From: Pseudomonadales bacterium
Lineage (GTDB): Bacteria; Patescibacteriota; Microgenomatia; UBA1400; PJMF01
Length of the DNA: 64,000 nucleotides
Direction of reading: 5' to 3'
Assembly: GCA_020632265.1 (NCBI GenBank)
Contig: JACKFW010000001.1
Span: forward strand, 401,892 to 465,891
Positions 28,639 through 38,152 of the stretch are shown piece by piece. The notes below the pieces were generated by a model that was not told the origin of the DNA, did no database searches, and was given only the letters and a program-made list of their open reading frames with translations. Both the position numbers and the translations under genes were made by a program. The stretch's first letter is position 1. Every line of letters starts with the position of its first letter.

Positions 28639-29878
28639 AAGAGTAATCTGCTGTTTGGTACTTATTGATAAATGCAGTTACTTGATCTGCTAATTGCTCA
28701 CCTTTGAAGCTTTGATCAATAAATTCAGCAATTTGCTGCATCTCAGCTTTTTTCATGCCCCTGCGAGTTACTTCTTGGGTACCAAGGCGAATGAAAATAC
28801 CTTGATCGAACAAATTATCGAAATTTACGGCGACATTATTATCAAATAACTGGTCGTATAGTTTTTTGTAATCACCAACCTCGCTAGTCAATAAATGAAC
28901 CTGATGGTTTTCAGAGTATCTGCCTGTATTTGCTTTTCTTACTTTATAGCCCATACCTACGAGTGCCTCAGCCAGAGCATTGGAGTTAGCAATAATCTGC
29001 TTGGCATAGTCTTCACCAAACTCTTTCATCTCTAAAATTGTCGTGGCTAAAGCAATTAAATGATGTGTGTGAGGACTGGAAAATAAACAAGCGTTGATGA
29101 TTCCATTGGCTTTACTTCCTAACTCTTCGTCTCTAAACGCAATCATTCCTTTCTGTGGTCCAGGAAGTGTTTTATGTGTATTTGCACAAACAACATTTGC
29201 TCCTTCTCTGAGAGGGGCTTGAAACTCTTGGCCCATAATCAAGCCCATGGTATGGCTGGCATCATAAATAATGATTGCCTCTTCACCCAAAGCTTCTCTT
29301 ATTTCTTTCAAGTTGTGTGGATTCAAATAATAAGACACATCCATATAAAACGCTTTCGCACCAGATTCTTGATAGGTCTTCTTTATAGATTCAACGTCAA
29401 AAGACAGTGATTCAAAATCATAGGATGCAAAAACATGACTGCGTCCAACTCTTTCAATTATGCCTTTTGTAGCAAAATGACCGCCATGGTCATGGTGAAC
29501 CGTCATTACTACATCACCTGGTTTTGTAGTGGATAAAATGGCACACATCATTGCGTGAACACCAGACAAACAATTTAAGTTGACATATTTTGCACTCAAC
29601 ATTTGTTTAGCAGCTTCTTCGGCTGCTGTCACTAATTCTTCAATTCCTGGAAAACCGAGAGCAGTAAATGGTCCTAAATCAACTTTACTGTCTTCACCAC
29701 CACCCATGTAATACCGATCTGATAGTCGAGAGCTCATAAAAGCTCTTGCTGTATCCGACATCAGAGGTTCATTTGCGGTTAAGTGGAGAAATGCATCATT
29801 TCTCTTTTCTTCATCTTTAATTTTTGAATAATAGGTTTGAATATTCATAATTTTCCTTTTTATAATGCTTTTTTCCAA
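28622..29878 (-). CDS. serine hydroxymethyltransferase-like PLP-dependent enzyme
   Basis: PLP-Lys motif CANTHKTLPGPQKG (SHMT TTHKTLRGPRGG-like); fold-type I length. Confidence 0.7.
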   Translation of the reverse strand: MEKSIIKRKIMNIQTYYSKIKDEEKRNDAFLHLTANEPLMSDTARAFMSSRLSDRYYMGGGEDSKVDLGPFTALGFPGIEELVTAAEEAAKQMLSAKYVNLNCLSGVHAMMCAILSTTKPGDVVMTVHHDHGGHFATKGIIERVGRSHVFASYDFESLSFDVESIKKTYQESGAKAFYMDVSYYLNPHNLKEIREALGEEAIIIYDASHTMGLIMGQEFQAPLREGANVVCANTHKTLPGPQKGMIAFRDEELGSKANGIINACLFSSPHTHHLIALATTILEMKEFGEDYAKQIIANSNALAEALVGMGYKVRKANTGRYSENHQVHLLTSEVGDYKKLYDQLFDNNVAVNFDNLFDQGIFIRLGTQEVTRRGMKKAEMQQIAEFIDQSFKGEQLADQVTAFINKYQTADYSFDRKE

Positions 29879-30408
29879 GTTTTTGCATGTCTACCTGTTC
29901 CATATTTGTCTTCAATAAAACCAGTCTGCTCATCGGTCATTTTGTCATAAAAACCCCAACTATCCTGATATCTTGGACCACTGTGAATCAATAACTGCCT
30001 TTTAGCTTCTTGTCTGCCAGCGTCACATATCGCATCAAATAGTTTTCTTCCAACTCCACCACCACGAAATATTTCTGGTGAGACGAACGCATTAAGAAGC
30101 TCAATTGAGTCACTTGGGTCATCAAGCTGAAAGTGTTGAACCATATCAGGGTCTGGAACTGAATAGGCCATACAGCCAATAACTTTACCCGATTGATCAC
30201 GGGCAACTATGTAAGTACGAGTTCTACCATACTCATCTTGCTCACCTCTCATGTAGCCTTTAATCGCTTCAATTTCATCTGTAATAACTTGACTTGTGCT
30301 TCGATCCCAGACATGAGCTTCTAAAATTGGGTCAAATTGGTCAATATCAGCTTCAACAAGTGGGCTAACTTCTACTTGAATTGGAGAGGGCTTTTCTTTT
30401 TGAGTCAT
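29860..30408 (-). CDS. GNAT family N-acetyltransferase
   Basis: Motif A NAFVSPEIFRGGGVGRKLFDA. Confidence 0.6.
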   Translation of the reverse strand: MTQKEKPSPIQVEVSPLVEADIDQFDPILEAHVWDRSTSQVITDEIEAIKGYMRGEQDEYGRTRTYIVARDQSGKVIGCMAYSVPDPDMVQHFQLDDPSDSIELLNAFVSPEIFRGGGVGRKLFDAICDAGRQEAKRQLLIHSGPRYQDSWGFYDKMTDEQTGFIEDKYGTGRHAKTWKKAL

Positions 30409-30489
30409 AATTTACATCTTAATAGTATTAACTTTACTTATATGGCAATTTTACAATATAAAACTGGATATCCCAATTACAAAACATGC

Positions 30490-30950
30490 TCTGCCTACAG
30501 TGCTACCAATGCTACCAGCGCCAGATAACAATCAATCCTTCTGGACCCTGCAAACATGGTAAGACTGGCAACAAAAAAGCCCCATCCATAAGATGAGGCC
30601 TTCATTAGCGTTTTTATAAAAAGTACTTACTATTACAGTCCAACGCTGTCAGCACCGTAAGCAGCTTGTTCAGTTGTGAAGCCTTCAAACTCTAGTTGTT
30701 TTATAAGACCATCTCTTGAGAAACCTGACAAGTCTTGATAGCTCTTAGCCTTTTTGGCAGCCTGTTCATTCCAATCTGGACTAATTTTATCTACTGCATA
30801 GGTAGCATCTTCTGTTGAGAATTTTTCAAATTCGAGTTGCTTAATTAGGCCACTTCTTGAAAACCCTGTCATGCTAAGGTAAGAATTTGCTTTTCTAACA
30901 GCATTCTTCTGTGCTGTAGTTTCATTGGAAGTTTCCTCTACTTCGGCTGC
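30490..30950. repeat. segmental duplication copy 2 (3' part of Ltp gene plus 150 bp downstream)
   Basis: Partner of 18774..19236. Confidence 0.85.
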
Positions 30951-31100
30951 TTCCTTAGTGTCACCTTTTTCCATTACTTCTGCCGATGGAGCTGAAGTAT
31001 CAGATTTAGGAGTGTCATCACCTGAGCCTGCGATGGCACCAATAACAAAGAGTACTACTAAGGCAATAGCACCCCATTTAAGTAATTTTTTCATATTCAT
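30633..31100 (-). CDS. Ltp-family surface lipoprotein (phage superinfection-exclusion-like)
   Basis: Signal/anchor MNMKKLLKWGAIALVVLFVIGAIAG plus two Ltp repeats (SYLSMTGFSRSGLIKQLEFEKFSTEDATYAVD / SYQDLSGFSRDGLIKQLEFEGFTTEQAAYGAD). Confidence 0.65.
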   Translation of the reverse strand: MNMKKLLKWGAIALVVLFVIGAIAGSGDDTPKSDTSAPSAEVMEKGDTKEAAEVEETSNETTAQKNAVRKANSYLSMTGFSRSGLIKQLEFEKFSTEDATYAVDKISPDWNEQAAKKAKSYQDLSGFSRDGLIKQLEFEGFTTEQAAYGADSVGL

Positions 31101-31161
31101 CCTTTATTTGGTATTTCTATCTGGGTGGTTCCAATATTATCACAATCTTTCCATATATGGA

Positions 31162-31437
31162 ATGGCTAAATATGGAAAGCACAACCAAAATAAAGATGTG
31201 CCAATAAGTACCAAAAATGACCAGTACCTGCCATATCGTGAGAAGCTTGGTGAAAGAATCAAGGACCTCAGAAAGAAGCGTGGACACACTCAGGAAAGCT
31301 TTGCTCTTGATGTAGTTAAGATGAACGTGTCTTATCTGGCAAAAATTGAAAATGGTTACGTCAACACATCGGTAAACTACCTTATCCGCATCGCCAAGGG
31401 CCTGAATGTGAAGGTCCGTGACTTGGTTGAGTTCTAA
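31162..31437 (+). CDS. XRE-family HTH transcriptional regulator (cI-like)
   Basis: LGERIKDLRKKRGHTQESFA...ISYLAKIENGY...LIRIAKGLNVKVRDL; track ORF 30925 start runs antisense into ltp, so trimmed to MAKYG. Confidence 0.7.
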   Translation: MAKYGKHNQNKDVPISTKNDQYLPYREKLGERIKDLRKKRGHTQESFALDVVKMNVSYLAKIENGYVNTSVNYLIRIAKGLNVKVRDLVEF

Positions 31438-31511
31438 TTTCCCTAAAATTTCACGAAGAGATCTTTTATAATCAAGGTAGATTACCATTACTACCAAAGA
31501 TTGAAATTACT

Positions 31512-32687
31512 ATGCCAAAATTAGTGAAACTGCGTCAGATACGCAAAGTGGAAGAAGAAAAAATCCTTAAAGAGGATGGAAAAAAGAAAACTGATTTCAA
31601 GTCATACAAAGAATATCGTGATTACATTAAAAAAAGATTTAAAGAAAAAAACATAAGAATTGATGCCGAAGAAGTATTTACATCCTCAGAAATAAGTGAA
31701 TTTCTCGGAGTTGTTTCTTCGATACAAAACGTTATAAAAACCTTTCAACCCTACTTTGTAGGGCTACAAACATCGAATTTAATCATCAAGCACCCTTTCG
31801 CATCTCTCATTGAACCTGTTGAACAACTCCAAAAAAATCTTTTGATTTCAAAAGTTAAGATCACTGATTTTATGTCTACGATTCGAGTAGCTCATGAGGC
31901 ATTCTTAGATCTAGCTGCTAGATTTAGTGAAATTGCTGAAAGCTACAATCGTTCATTTCAAATGATTAGTGACGTGTTTACATTCAATGCAAATGCTATC
32001 AAAAGATTATTCGTATTTATGGAAGATCAATCGAGTAAAAGATGGAGTTTTGACTTTATTGTGCCTGTTATTCGTTTCCCTTTACTAGAGAGTAAAAATC
32101 TTGGATTACCCAGCCAAAAAACTGACGATCAACTTGAGGAATATCAACAAAGAGGAATTTTTGGGTTCTATCATCAGTCACTACATATAGATAAGCAAGA
32201 AGATGAGGCACTTGTTATCACTGAGAGGAACACTATTGATGATTCACACCTCATCGAAGAAGCGAGCCATGAGCCAGATATCATTGATGCCTCTATCATT
32301 CCTTATGCAGATAATGGTCCTCTGAATACAACTCTATCTGTAAAATCAGACGGAGAAAATCATTACATCTATGTTAGTGGCATTGGTCGATCAAAAACGA
32401 TAGAAGGTAACCCAACTTGGCTAAAAGTATTGATGGGTTACGAGAAAAACCTTGGCATAATGAGAAAAAAGGATATTGTAACTATATGGAATCAGGCTAA
32501 TAAAAACAGCTGGAAAAATACTCCCGACCCCAAAAAAGAAGACTATATTCCGACTATTCACAGGCTGGTTAGAGATAATGTAGCCAAATATTTTGGCCAA
32601 AACTATCGCTGCATCAATTTCAAGAGATCTAAAAGCCAAAACTTTCCAAATTCATATCAAATGGTAGTTCAGTTTAGGAAAAACTGA
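31512..32687 (+). CDS. hypothetical protein
   Basis: 391-aa ORF downstream of the XRE gene. Confidence 0.45.
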   Translation: MPKLVKLRQIRKVEEEKILKEDGKKKTDFKSYKEYRDYIKKRFKEKNIRIDAEEVFTSSEISEFLGVVSSIQNVIKTFQPYFVGLQTSNLIIKHPFASLIEPVEQLQKNLLISKVKITDFMSTIRVAHEAFLDLAARFSEIAESYNRSFQMISDVFTFNANAIKRLFVFMEDQSSKRWSFDFIVPVIRFPLLESKNLGLPSQKTDDQLEEYQQRGIFGFYHQSLHIDKQEDEALVITERNTIDDSHLIEEASHEPDIIDASIIPYADNGPLNTTLSVKSDGENHYIYVSGIGRSKTIEGNPTWLKVLMGYEKNLGIMRKKDIVTIWNQANKNSWKNTPDPKKEDYIPTIHRLVRDNVAKYFGQNYRCINFKRSKSQNFPNSYQMVVQFRKN

Positions 32688-32846
32688 ACTCCAATATCTT
32701 TCCTCTGAAAAGATACTGATTTCTTGATATTTTAAATACAAATCATTTTTTATTCCAGACGAGAAGTTCAGTTTTTTCAATGGAGTATTTATACGAAGTT
32801 CAGTGATTATTTGATTTCATAGTGTCTGTACCAAAAAAAGGACACT

Positions 32847-33098
32847 ATGGATAATTACAATTCAAATACACAACAATTTTCTTCTTACGACCTCGGCCTT
32901 GCCGCATCTTTAGTATGCAGCGGCTTTCCTGTCGATTTCTTAGATAAATCAAATCCTCGAAAAGTTGAGTTCTATTTTCAGCGAGCCGATGGCTTGGATC
33001 AAGCCATCCAAATGTATTGGGCTAATCAGTTGCAAGTTCCCGCTCTGTCCTACTTCAATGCCCTGAAAATGCTCAAAAACAGGATATATAGCGAGTAA
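32847..33098 (+). CDS. small conserved protein (paralog of 54918..55166)
   Basis: 83 aa; shares LALAA...GF...YF.ALK.LK.RIY with the equivalent gene upstream of the second primase. Confidence 0.5.
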   Translation: MDNYNSNTQQFSSYDLGLAASLVCSGFPVDFLDKSNPRKVEFYFQRADGLDQAIQMYWANQLQVPALSYFNALKMLKNRIYSE

Positions 33099-33116
33099 CC
33101 ATGCGGAGAAATAAAG

Positions 33117-33302
33117 ATGAATATTACAAAAGACAAGTCCCCATCTCTCCAAACTGAACCTATTGCAGGTAGCTTTTATTCTTTGGCCCAGCTCCTTCAA
33201 GGATTTGCTGAACGACACAACCTTGGTCAACTCTTGGATGAAATGTCACCTGATGAAGCTGTCGATCACGTTCTAAAAAAGAGAAAGGAGAAAAATATGT
33301 AA
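33117..33302 (+). CDS. hypothetical small protein
   Basis: 61-aa ORF. Confidence 0.3.
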   Translation: MNITKDKSPSLQTEPIAGSFYSLAQLLQGFAERHNLGQLLDEMSPDEAVDHVLKKRKEKNM

Positions 33303-33353
33303 GTCTCAACTGCATCAACCCAAACCCAATTACAAATTACACAAAGGAAAAAT

Positions 33354-33740
33354 ATGTCATCAAAAAACATGACGCTAACAGTAAAAACAACAAGTGCTCC
33401 TGAACCAATACCAACAGGCGTATATCAGGCAAAGCTATCAGATCTTGAAAAGAGTGAGGGTGATTTTGGTCCCTATCTTAAACTCACGTTTCTCATTACT
33501 GACGGTGAGCACAAGGATACCGAGAGGACCACCATCGCCAGTATGAAGCTGAGCACAGGTGCTAAAAATACCAAGCTCTACGACATTGTAGCCGCACTTA
33601 TGGGCAAGTCACCTGAAACAAGCACTGAGATTGACCTAGGTGCTTTGGTAGGTAAACCCTGCCAGATACTTGTAAAAGATAAGCCTGGTGATAAAGATGG
33701 CTGGCAAATTATTTCAGAAGTAATGCCAGCGAGTAAATAA
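33354..33740 (+). CDS. hypothetical protein
   Basis: 128-aa ORF with a good RBS just upstream of the primase. Confidence 0.45.
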   Translation: MSSKNMTLTVKTTSAPEPIPTGVYQAKLSDLEKSEGDFGPYLKLTFLITDGEHKDTERTTIASMKLSTGAKNTKLYDIVAALMGKSPETSTEIDLGALVGKPCQILVKDKPGDKDGWQIISEVMPASK

Positions 33741-33755
33741 AACGAAAGCAGGAGG

Positions 33756-36101
33756 GTGTGTCTATTAGGATGCACCCTCCCACAGATTGATATGCCTACT
33801 ATAACAAACCGCACACCAGCAAACAATCAAGAATGGGAAGAGCTTGGTGCATACTACTTGAGCCTTGGTTGGTCCATTATTCCTGTCACGAGAGATAAGA
33901 AACCGTTGGTTAAGTGGAAGAATTTTCAAACCCAAAAGCCAACTACAGAACAAGTTGGCGAATGGGCTTCCAACTCAAAGATAGCTGGTTATGCCCTTGT
34001 CACAGGTTCAATCTCTGGTGTCGTAGTCCTTGATCTTGATGAGGGTTCTGAGTTCGATACCTCTACTTTACCTGCTACACCTTTCTCCCAAACTGGCTCT
34101 GGTGGCCGACATTATTTTTTCAAGTCACCAGAAAAACCTATTAAAAATGCTGCTGGTTTTGTAAAAAATACTGACTTTAGAGGTGAGGGTGGTTACGCCA
34201 TTTTGCCACCCAGCAAACATCCTTCTGGAAATCAATACTTTTGGCTCAGCAGTCCAGAGGATACCAAGCTGGCTGAGATGCCTGGCAGTCTTATTGACTC
34301 AATCAATGGTAACCAACAGCTAATGCTCAGCGTAAAAAGCGATGAAAATGTCTTTGAAGGTGTAGAAAAGTCTACCCGTAATCACTCGGCTACTCAGGTG
34401 GCAGGATCACTTCTGAGTCGTTACCCAAAAGACGAATGGGGAGCAGTTGTTTGGCCTTTACTGCAAGGCTGGAACACACAAAACAAACCGCCTCTTTCAA
34501 CAACCGAGCTAAGAGCTGTATTTGACTCAATTGCTGAGCGTGAACAAGGACAGCCAGATCAAGATGACGGAGGCTCTAATCGACCTAGCCAAGCCAAACT
34601 ATTGGTTGAGATGGTTCTGAGCAGTAGTATCAAACTTTTTACTAATCAGTTCCACGAACCAGTCCTCACTTCCCCTGAAACTGGATTCTTAACCTTCAAG
34701 ATTAGTTCATCAGCTACAAAGCAACTTCTTTTCAAGATGTTCTGGGACAGTGAAGGCAAACCCCCTAGCTCCGAGGCAGTGAATAATGCTCTTACTACGT
34801 TGCAAGGGATTGCCACCTATGACCGAGATAAAATCACTGTTTTTAATCGAGTAGGTAGACATAAAAACACTATCTACTATGACATTGGAGATGGCACTCA
34901 TGTGGTAGTCATCGACAAGGATGGTTGGAGCATTGATAGCAGCTGCCCTGTCTACTTCAACCGTTTCTCACATCAAAAGCCACAAATATTGCCAAAGCGT
35001 GGTGGCAATTTGGAAGAGATCCTTGCTTTCATGAATGTTCAGGACCAACAGCAAAAGTTACTAATCCTAACCTTCTTAGTCGTTAGCTTAATTCCAGATA
35101 TTCCCCGAGCAATGTTAGTACTTCATGGTGATCAGGGTTCAGCAAAATCAAGTTTGCTCCGTATTCTTAGAGAAATGATTGATCCCAGCCAAGTGCCACT
35201 TCTTACTCCACCAGACTCTATACGTGAACTGGTCCAATTTGCCAGTCATCACTACGCTGTCTTTTTGGACAACCTTTCAACGCTTTCAGTGTCATTGTCT
35301 GATGCCCTTTGCCGCCTGATAACTGGTGATGGGTTTACTAAAAGACAACTATTTACTGATGATGAAGACGTACTCTATGCCTACAAGCGAGTAGCTGGCC
35401 TTTGCGGTATCAACCAAGTTGCAACAAAAGCCGATCTTCTTGACCGAAGTATCATCGTACCTTTGGAGCGAATACCTGATGGGGATAGACGTGAAGAGAA
35501 GAACCTGTGGCAACGTTTCAAAACAGACAAAGCTCTTATTCTTGGAGCCTTATTTGATGCCGTAGCTGCCACTCTCCGCACTGTCCATGACATTGAACTT
35601 ACTACCAAACCTCGTATGGCCGATTACTTCAAATACGCCACTGCTGCGGCAATACATCTGGGCTACACCGAACAGGATCTTTCCGATGCCTTTAATCAAA
35701 ACGTTAAGCAACAAAATGAAGAAGCCATAGACTCTTCGCCCGTTGCTCAAACAATTATGGAGTTCATGAGGAATAAATCAAACCAAGAACTACGCAGTTC
35801 AGATCTTTACAAAGAACTTTTTGAAATAGCTGAAAACCTCAAAATCAAACAAGGCTTTCCCAAATCACCTACGTGGCTGTGGCGAAAAATCAAAGATGTC
35901 CGTCCTAATTTGATGGCCTATGGCCTCAATGTCACCAAAGAAAAAATGGAGGATGGCACTTACATAAGAATCATAAAAACTGCCACCACTGCTTCCAGCA
36001 CATCAGCACCAGACAGCTCTGGGCCTGAAAGCACTGGTAACACTGACAACAAAACCGTAGAAAACATGACCGAGGAGGAGATCAAGGAGGCACTCTTCTA
36101 A
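33756..36101 (+). CDS. bifunctional Prim-Pol DNA primase/polymerase fused to D5/P4-type helicase-like NTPase
   Basis: Prim-Pol motifs GVVVLDLDEG (DxD), SQTGSGGRHYFF, GGYAILPPSKHPSGNQYFW; C-terminal Walker A VLHGDQGSAKSSLL; AGGAGG RBS before the GTG start. Confidence 0.8.
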   Translation: MCLLGCTLPQIDMPTITNRTPANNQEWEELGAYYLSLGWSIIPVTRDKKPLVKWKNFQTQKPTTEQVGEWASNSKIAGYALVTGSISGVVVLDLDEGSEFDTSTLPATPFSQTGSGGRHYFFKSPEKPIKNAAGFVKNTDFRGEGGYAILPPSKHPSGNQYFWLSSPEDTKLAEMPGSLIDSINGNQQLMLSVKSDENVFEGVEKSTRNHSATQVAGSLLSRYPKDEWGAVVWPLLQGWNTQNKPPLSTTELRAVFDSIAEREQGQPDQDDGGSNRPSQAKLLVEMVLSSSIKLFTNQFHEPVLTSPETGFLTFKISSSATKQLLFKMFWDSEGKPPSSEAVNNALTTLQGIATYDRDKITVFNRVGRHKNTIYYDIGDGTHVVVIDKDGWSIDSSCPVYFNRFSHQKPQILPKRGGNLEEILAFMNVQDQQQKLLILTFLVVSLIPDIPRAMLVLHGDQGSAKSSLLRILREMIDPSQVPLLTPPDSIRELVQFASHHYAVFLDNLSTLSVSLSDALCRLITGDGFTKRQLFTDDEDVLYAYKRVAGLCGINQVATKADLLDRSIIVPLERIPDGDRREEKNLWQRFKTDKALILGALFDAVAATLRTVHDIELTTKPRMADYFKYATAAAIHLGYTEQDLSDAFNQNVKQQNEEAIDSSPVAQTIMEFMRNKSNQELRSSDLYKELFEIAENLKIKQGFPKSPTWLWRKIKDVRPNLMAYGLNVTKEKMEDGTYIRIIKTATTASSTSAPDSSGPESTGNTDNKTVENMTEEEIKEALF

Positions 36102-36146
36102 TCTCCCCTCCACCCATAACTGTTACTAATAAACCAGGAGAAAACT

Positions 36147-36530
36147 ATGCAATGCACTTATATCAAAGCTAATAATCAATCTTGTAAGGCTCATGCCATG
36201 AAAGGAAGTGAGTTCTGCTTTACTCATAATCCCGAAACTCGTGATGAACACGCCCAAGCTGTAGTGCTTGGTGGACTCAACTCATCCAGAAAAGACAGCA
36301 TTGAGTTACCTGCAATTGATGTTCGCCAACCTGATGGTGTAGTCCAACTTCTGGAAGAAACAATCAACGGCGTTCGTGATGGCAGTATTCCACCTAAAGT
36401 AGCCAGCACTGTTGGTTACTTGGCTGGGCACTTACTCAAAGCCATTGAATCAGCAGACCTCGATAAACGATTAGAAGTGATTGAGCGAGTGATTTTGGAA
36501 CGTAAATCCATAATGAAAGGTTACAAATGA
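36147..36530 (+). CDS. hypothetical protein with Cys-rich N-terminus
   Basis: CTYIKANNQSCKAHAMKGSEFCFTH may be a zinc-binding segment. Confidence 0.45.
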   Translation: MQCTYIKANNQSCKAHAMKGSEFCFTHNPETRDEHAQAVVLGGLNSSRKDSIELPAIDVRQPDGVVQLLEETINGVRDGSIPPKVASTVGYLAGHLLKAIESADLDKRLEVIERVILERKSIMKGYK

Positions 36531-38035
36531 AAAACTTTTCTATCCAAGCACTAGCTGGTGTTTTAACTGCCAAAGAACGAGCCAAAATCATTGCGGAATA
36601 CATCGTTAAAGGTGATGAAACTGGCGAAGACTTAGGCCATGAAATCAACAAGATAAAAATGAACATGAGCAGCAATCAGATAACCGAATTCAACTTCTAC
36701 ATGGATATTATTCAAACCGTTCATGTCGTCATGGAGGCTGACTTTCAAACTATGTACTTGCGATTTTTTCTCTACTCTCAGCAACTCGAAAAAATATATC
36801 AACAATGGTCCATGAGTATTTACAGCCACTTCACTCACCGAGATCTGAACTGGTTACCTAAAATTGTGACTCAACAGGGTTATCAAGAATTGTACGAAGA
36901 ACAAAAAGCCCAAGAACTGTCAGCTGTTTTCTCTTTAGAAACTTTGGCTGAGCATGAGGCACTCGCCAAACTCCAATCAGAAGGTTGGTGGAAAGACACC
37001 GATCTATTTATGGTCCACAAACAGCTGGTAGCTGATGCCAATAAAACCGAGGACCAACTGATAGATGAATATCTTGACCACGTTGAAGAGCGAGTAGCTA
37101 CCTACCTCGAATATAAAGATAAGAAGAATGCTTTTCTACACCTTTATCAGGAATATGCCGAGTATGAAGGCAAGAGTCGTGACGAAATGAGAGAAATGGT
37201 GACAACTAAGTACGACTTTACTCCCACCGATCCAGCAGATACTCAAAAATGGCTTGGTGAGATTGAAAATCAAAAACAACGGCTCCAAAAACTGATTAAC
37301 GAAGGAGTGCTCGAAGCCGCTACAGTTGGCAGTGAGTTTGGTTTTTACGGGACCTCCGAAGATACAGGTAGGCCAGGAATCACGGCTGTTAGTTGGTATA
37401 ACTACTTAGAAAAATACGATACAGACTTCAACGATTTTATTGATGATGTTGATAACTTCATTTATTTTTGCCACAACGATGTAGCCATTATTCAAACCAA
37501 ACAAAGCCAGGAAAAGAAAACTGATGAGCTTACCGCTAATATCATCAAGAAACGATTGCTTGAACACTTAGATCACTTCAACGCCATTACTTACGAACCA
37601 ATAAGCGGTGATAAAAAACTACACCTAGAAGCCAAGACTTTAGAACGAATTAAAGAACTGCTTTTCTCTATATCAGTAATCAAATTAAGACTCCTTGCTT
37701 ATATCAAAGTGATTGAGGCAGTCGAGGACTTTTACTTTGATGGCACTCAGATTGTGTCTCGTAATACTTGGTATGCCAAAGCAGCTCAAGAACACTATGA
37801 TTTTATGCTCCAACAGCATCAACAGTATCTTGATTTTGTCTACAACTATTTTGGCAACTTTACTATTGGCTCAGTGAACCCTATTTTTGACTGCCACGAT
37901 GACCTTCAATTTATAGAACCAAACAAGGAAGAAATTCAAAGAGTTACTAAGGAGCAGATGAGCTTTATGCTGGAAAAAGCGGTAAAGGGCAGCCACTACC
38001 GTCCACCGCGAACTCCATTTGACGAAAGAGTATGA
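36527..38035 (+). CDS. hypothetical protein
   Basis: 502-aa ORF overlapping the upstream gene by 4 nt. Confidence 0.5.
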   Translation: MKNFSIQALAGVLTAKERAKIIAEYIVKGDETGEDLGHEINKIKMNMSSNQITEFNFYMDIIQTVHVVMEADFQTMYLRFFLYSQQLEKIYQQWSMSIYSHFTHRDLNWLPKIVTQQGYQELYEEQKAQELSAVFSLETLAEHEALAKLQSEGWWKDTDLFMVHKQLVADANKTEDQLIDEYLDHVEERVATYLEYKDKKNAFLHLYQEYAEYEGKSRDEMREMVTTKYDFTPTDPADTQKWLGEIENQKQRLQKLINEGVLEAATVGSEFGFYGTSEDTGRPGITAVSWYNYLEKYDTDFNDFIDDVDNFIYFCHNDVAIIQTKQSQEKKTDELTANIIKKRLLEHLDHFNAITYEPISGDKKLHLEAKTLERIKELLFSISVIKLRLLAYIKVIEAVEDFYFDGTQIVSRNTWYAKAAQEHYDFMLQQHQQYLDFVYNYFGNFTIGSVNPIFDCHDDLQFIEPNKEEIQRVTKEQMSFMLEKAVKGSHYRPPRTPFDERV

Positions 38036-38054
38036 AATCAGGGAAAATAGCTAT

Positions 38055-38141
38055 GCACTCAGCTTATAGAAATGGCTTTTTTTAATGGCCGTCTTGGACA
38101 ATTGGAAGTCATTTCTAGTTGAGTGCACCAGGGCGGCCATT
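38055..38141 (+). promoter_or_regulatory. conserved interleaved inverted-repeat element upstream of recombinase A (candidate att/res site or 5'-UTR structure)
   Basis: GCACTCAG(38055-62) / TGAGTGC(38120-26) interleaved with AATGGCCG(38084-91) / CGGCCATT(38134-41); homologous block upstream of recombinase B with compensatory changes. Confidence 0.55.
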
Positions 38142-38152
38142 TAAGTATAAGG

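Noticed and set aside
30925-31161. N-terminal 79 aa of track ORF 30925..31437
   Set aside because: This part runs antisense through the Ltp gene. The XRE HTH domain begins at the internal Met (31162), so the extension is spurious.
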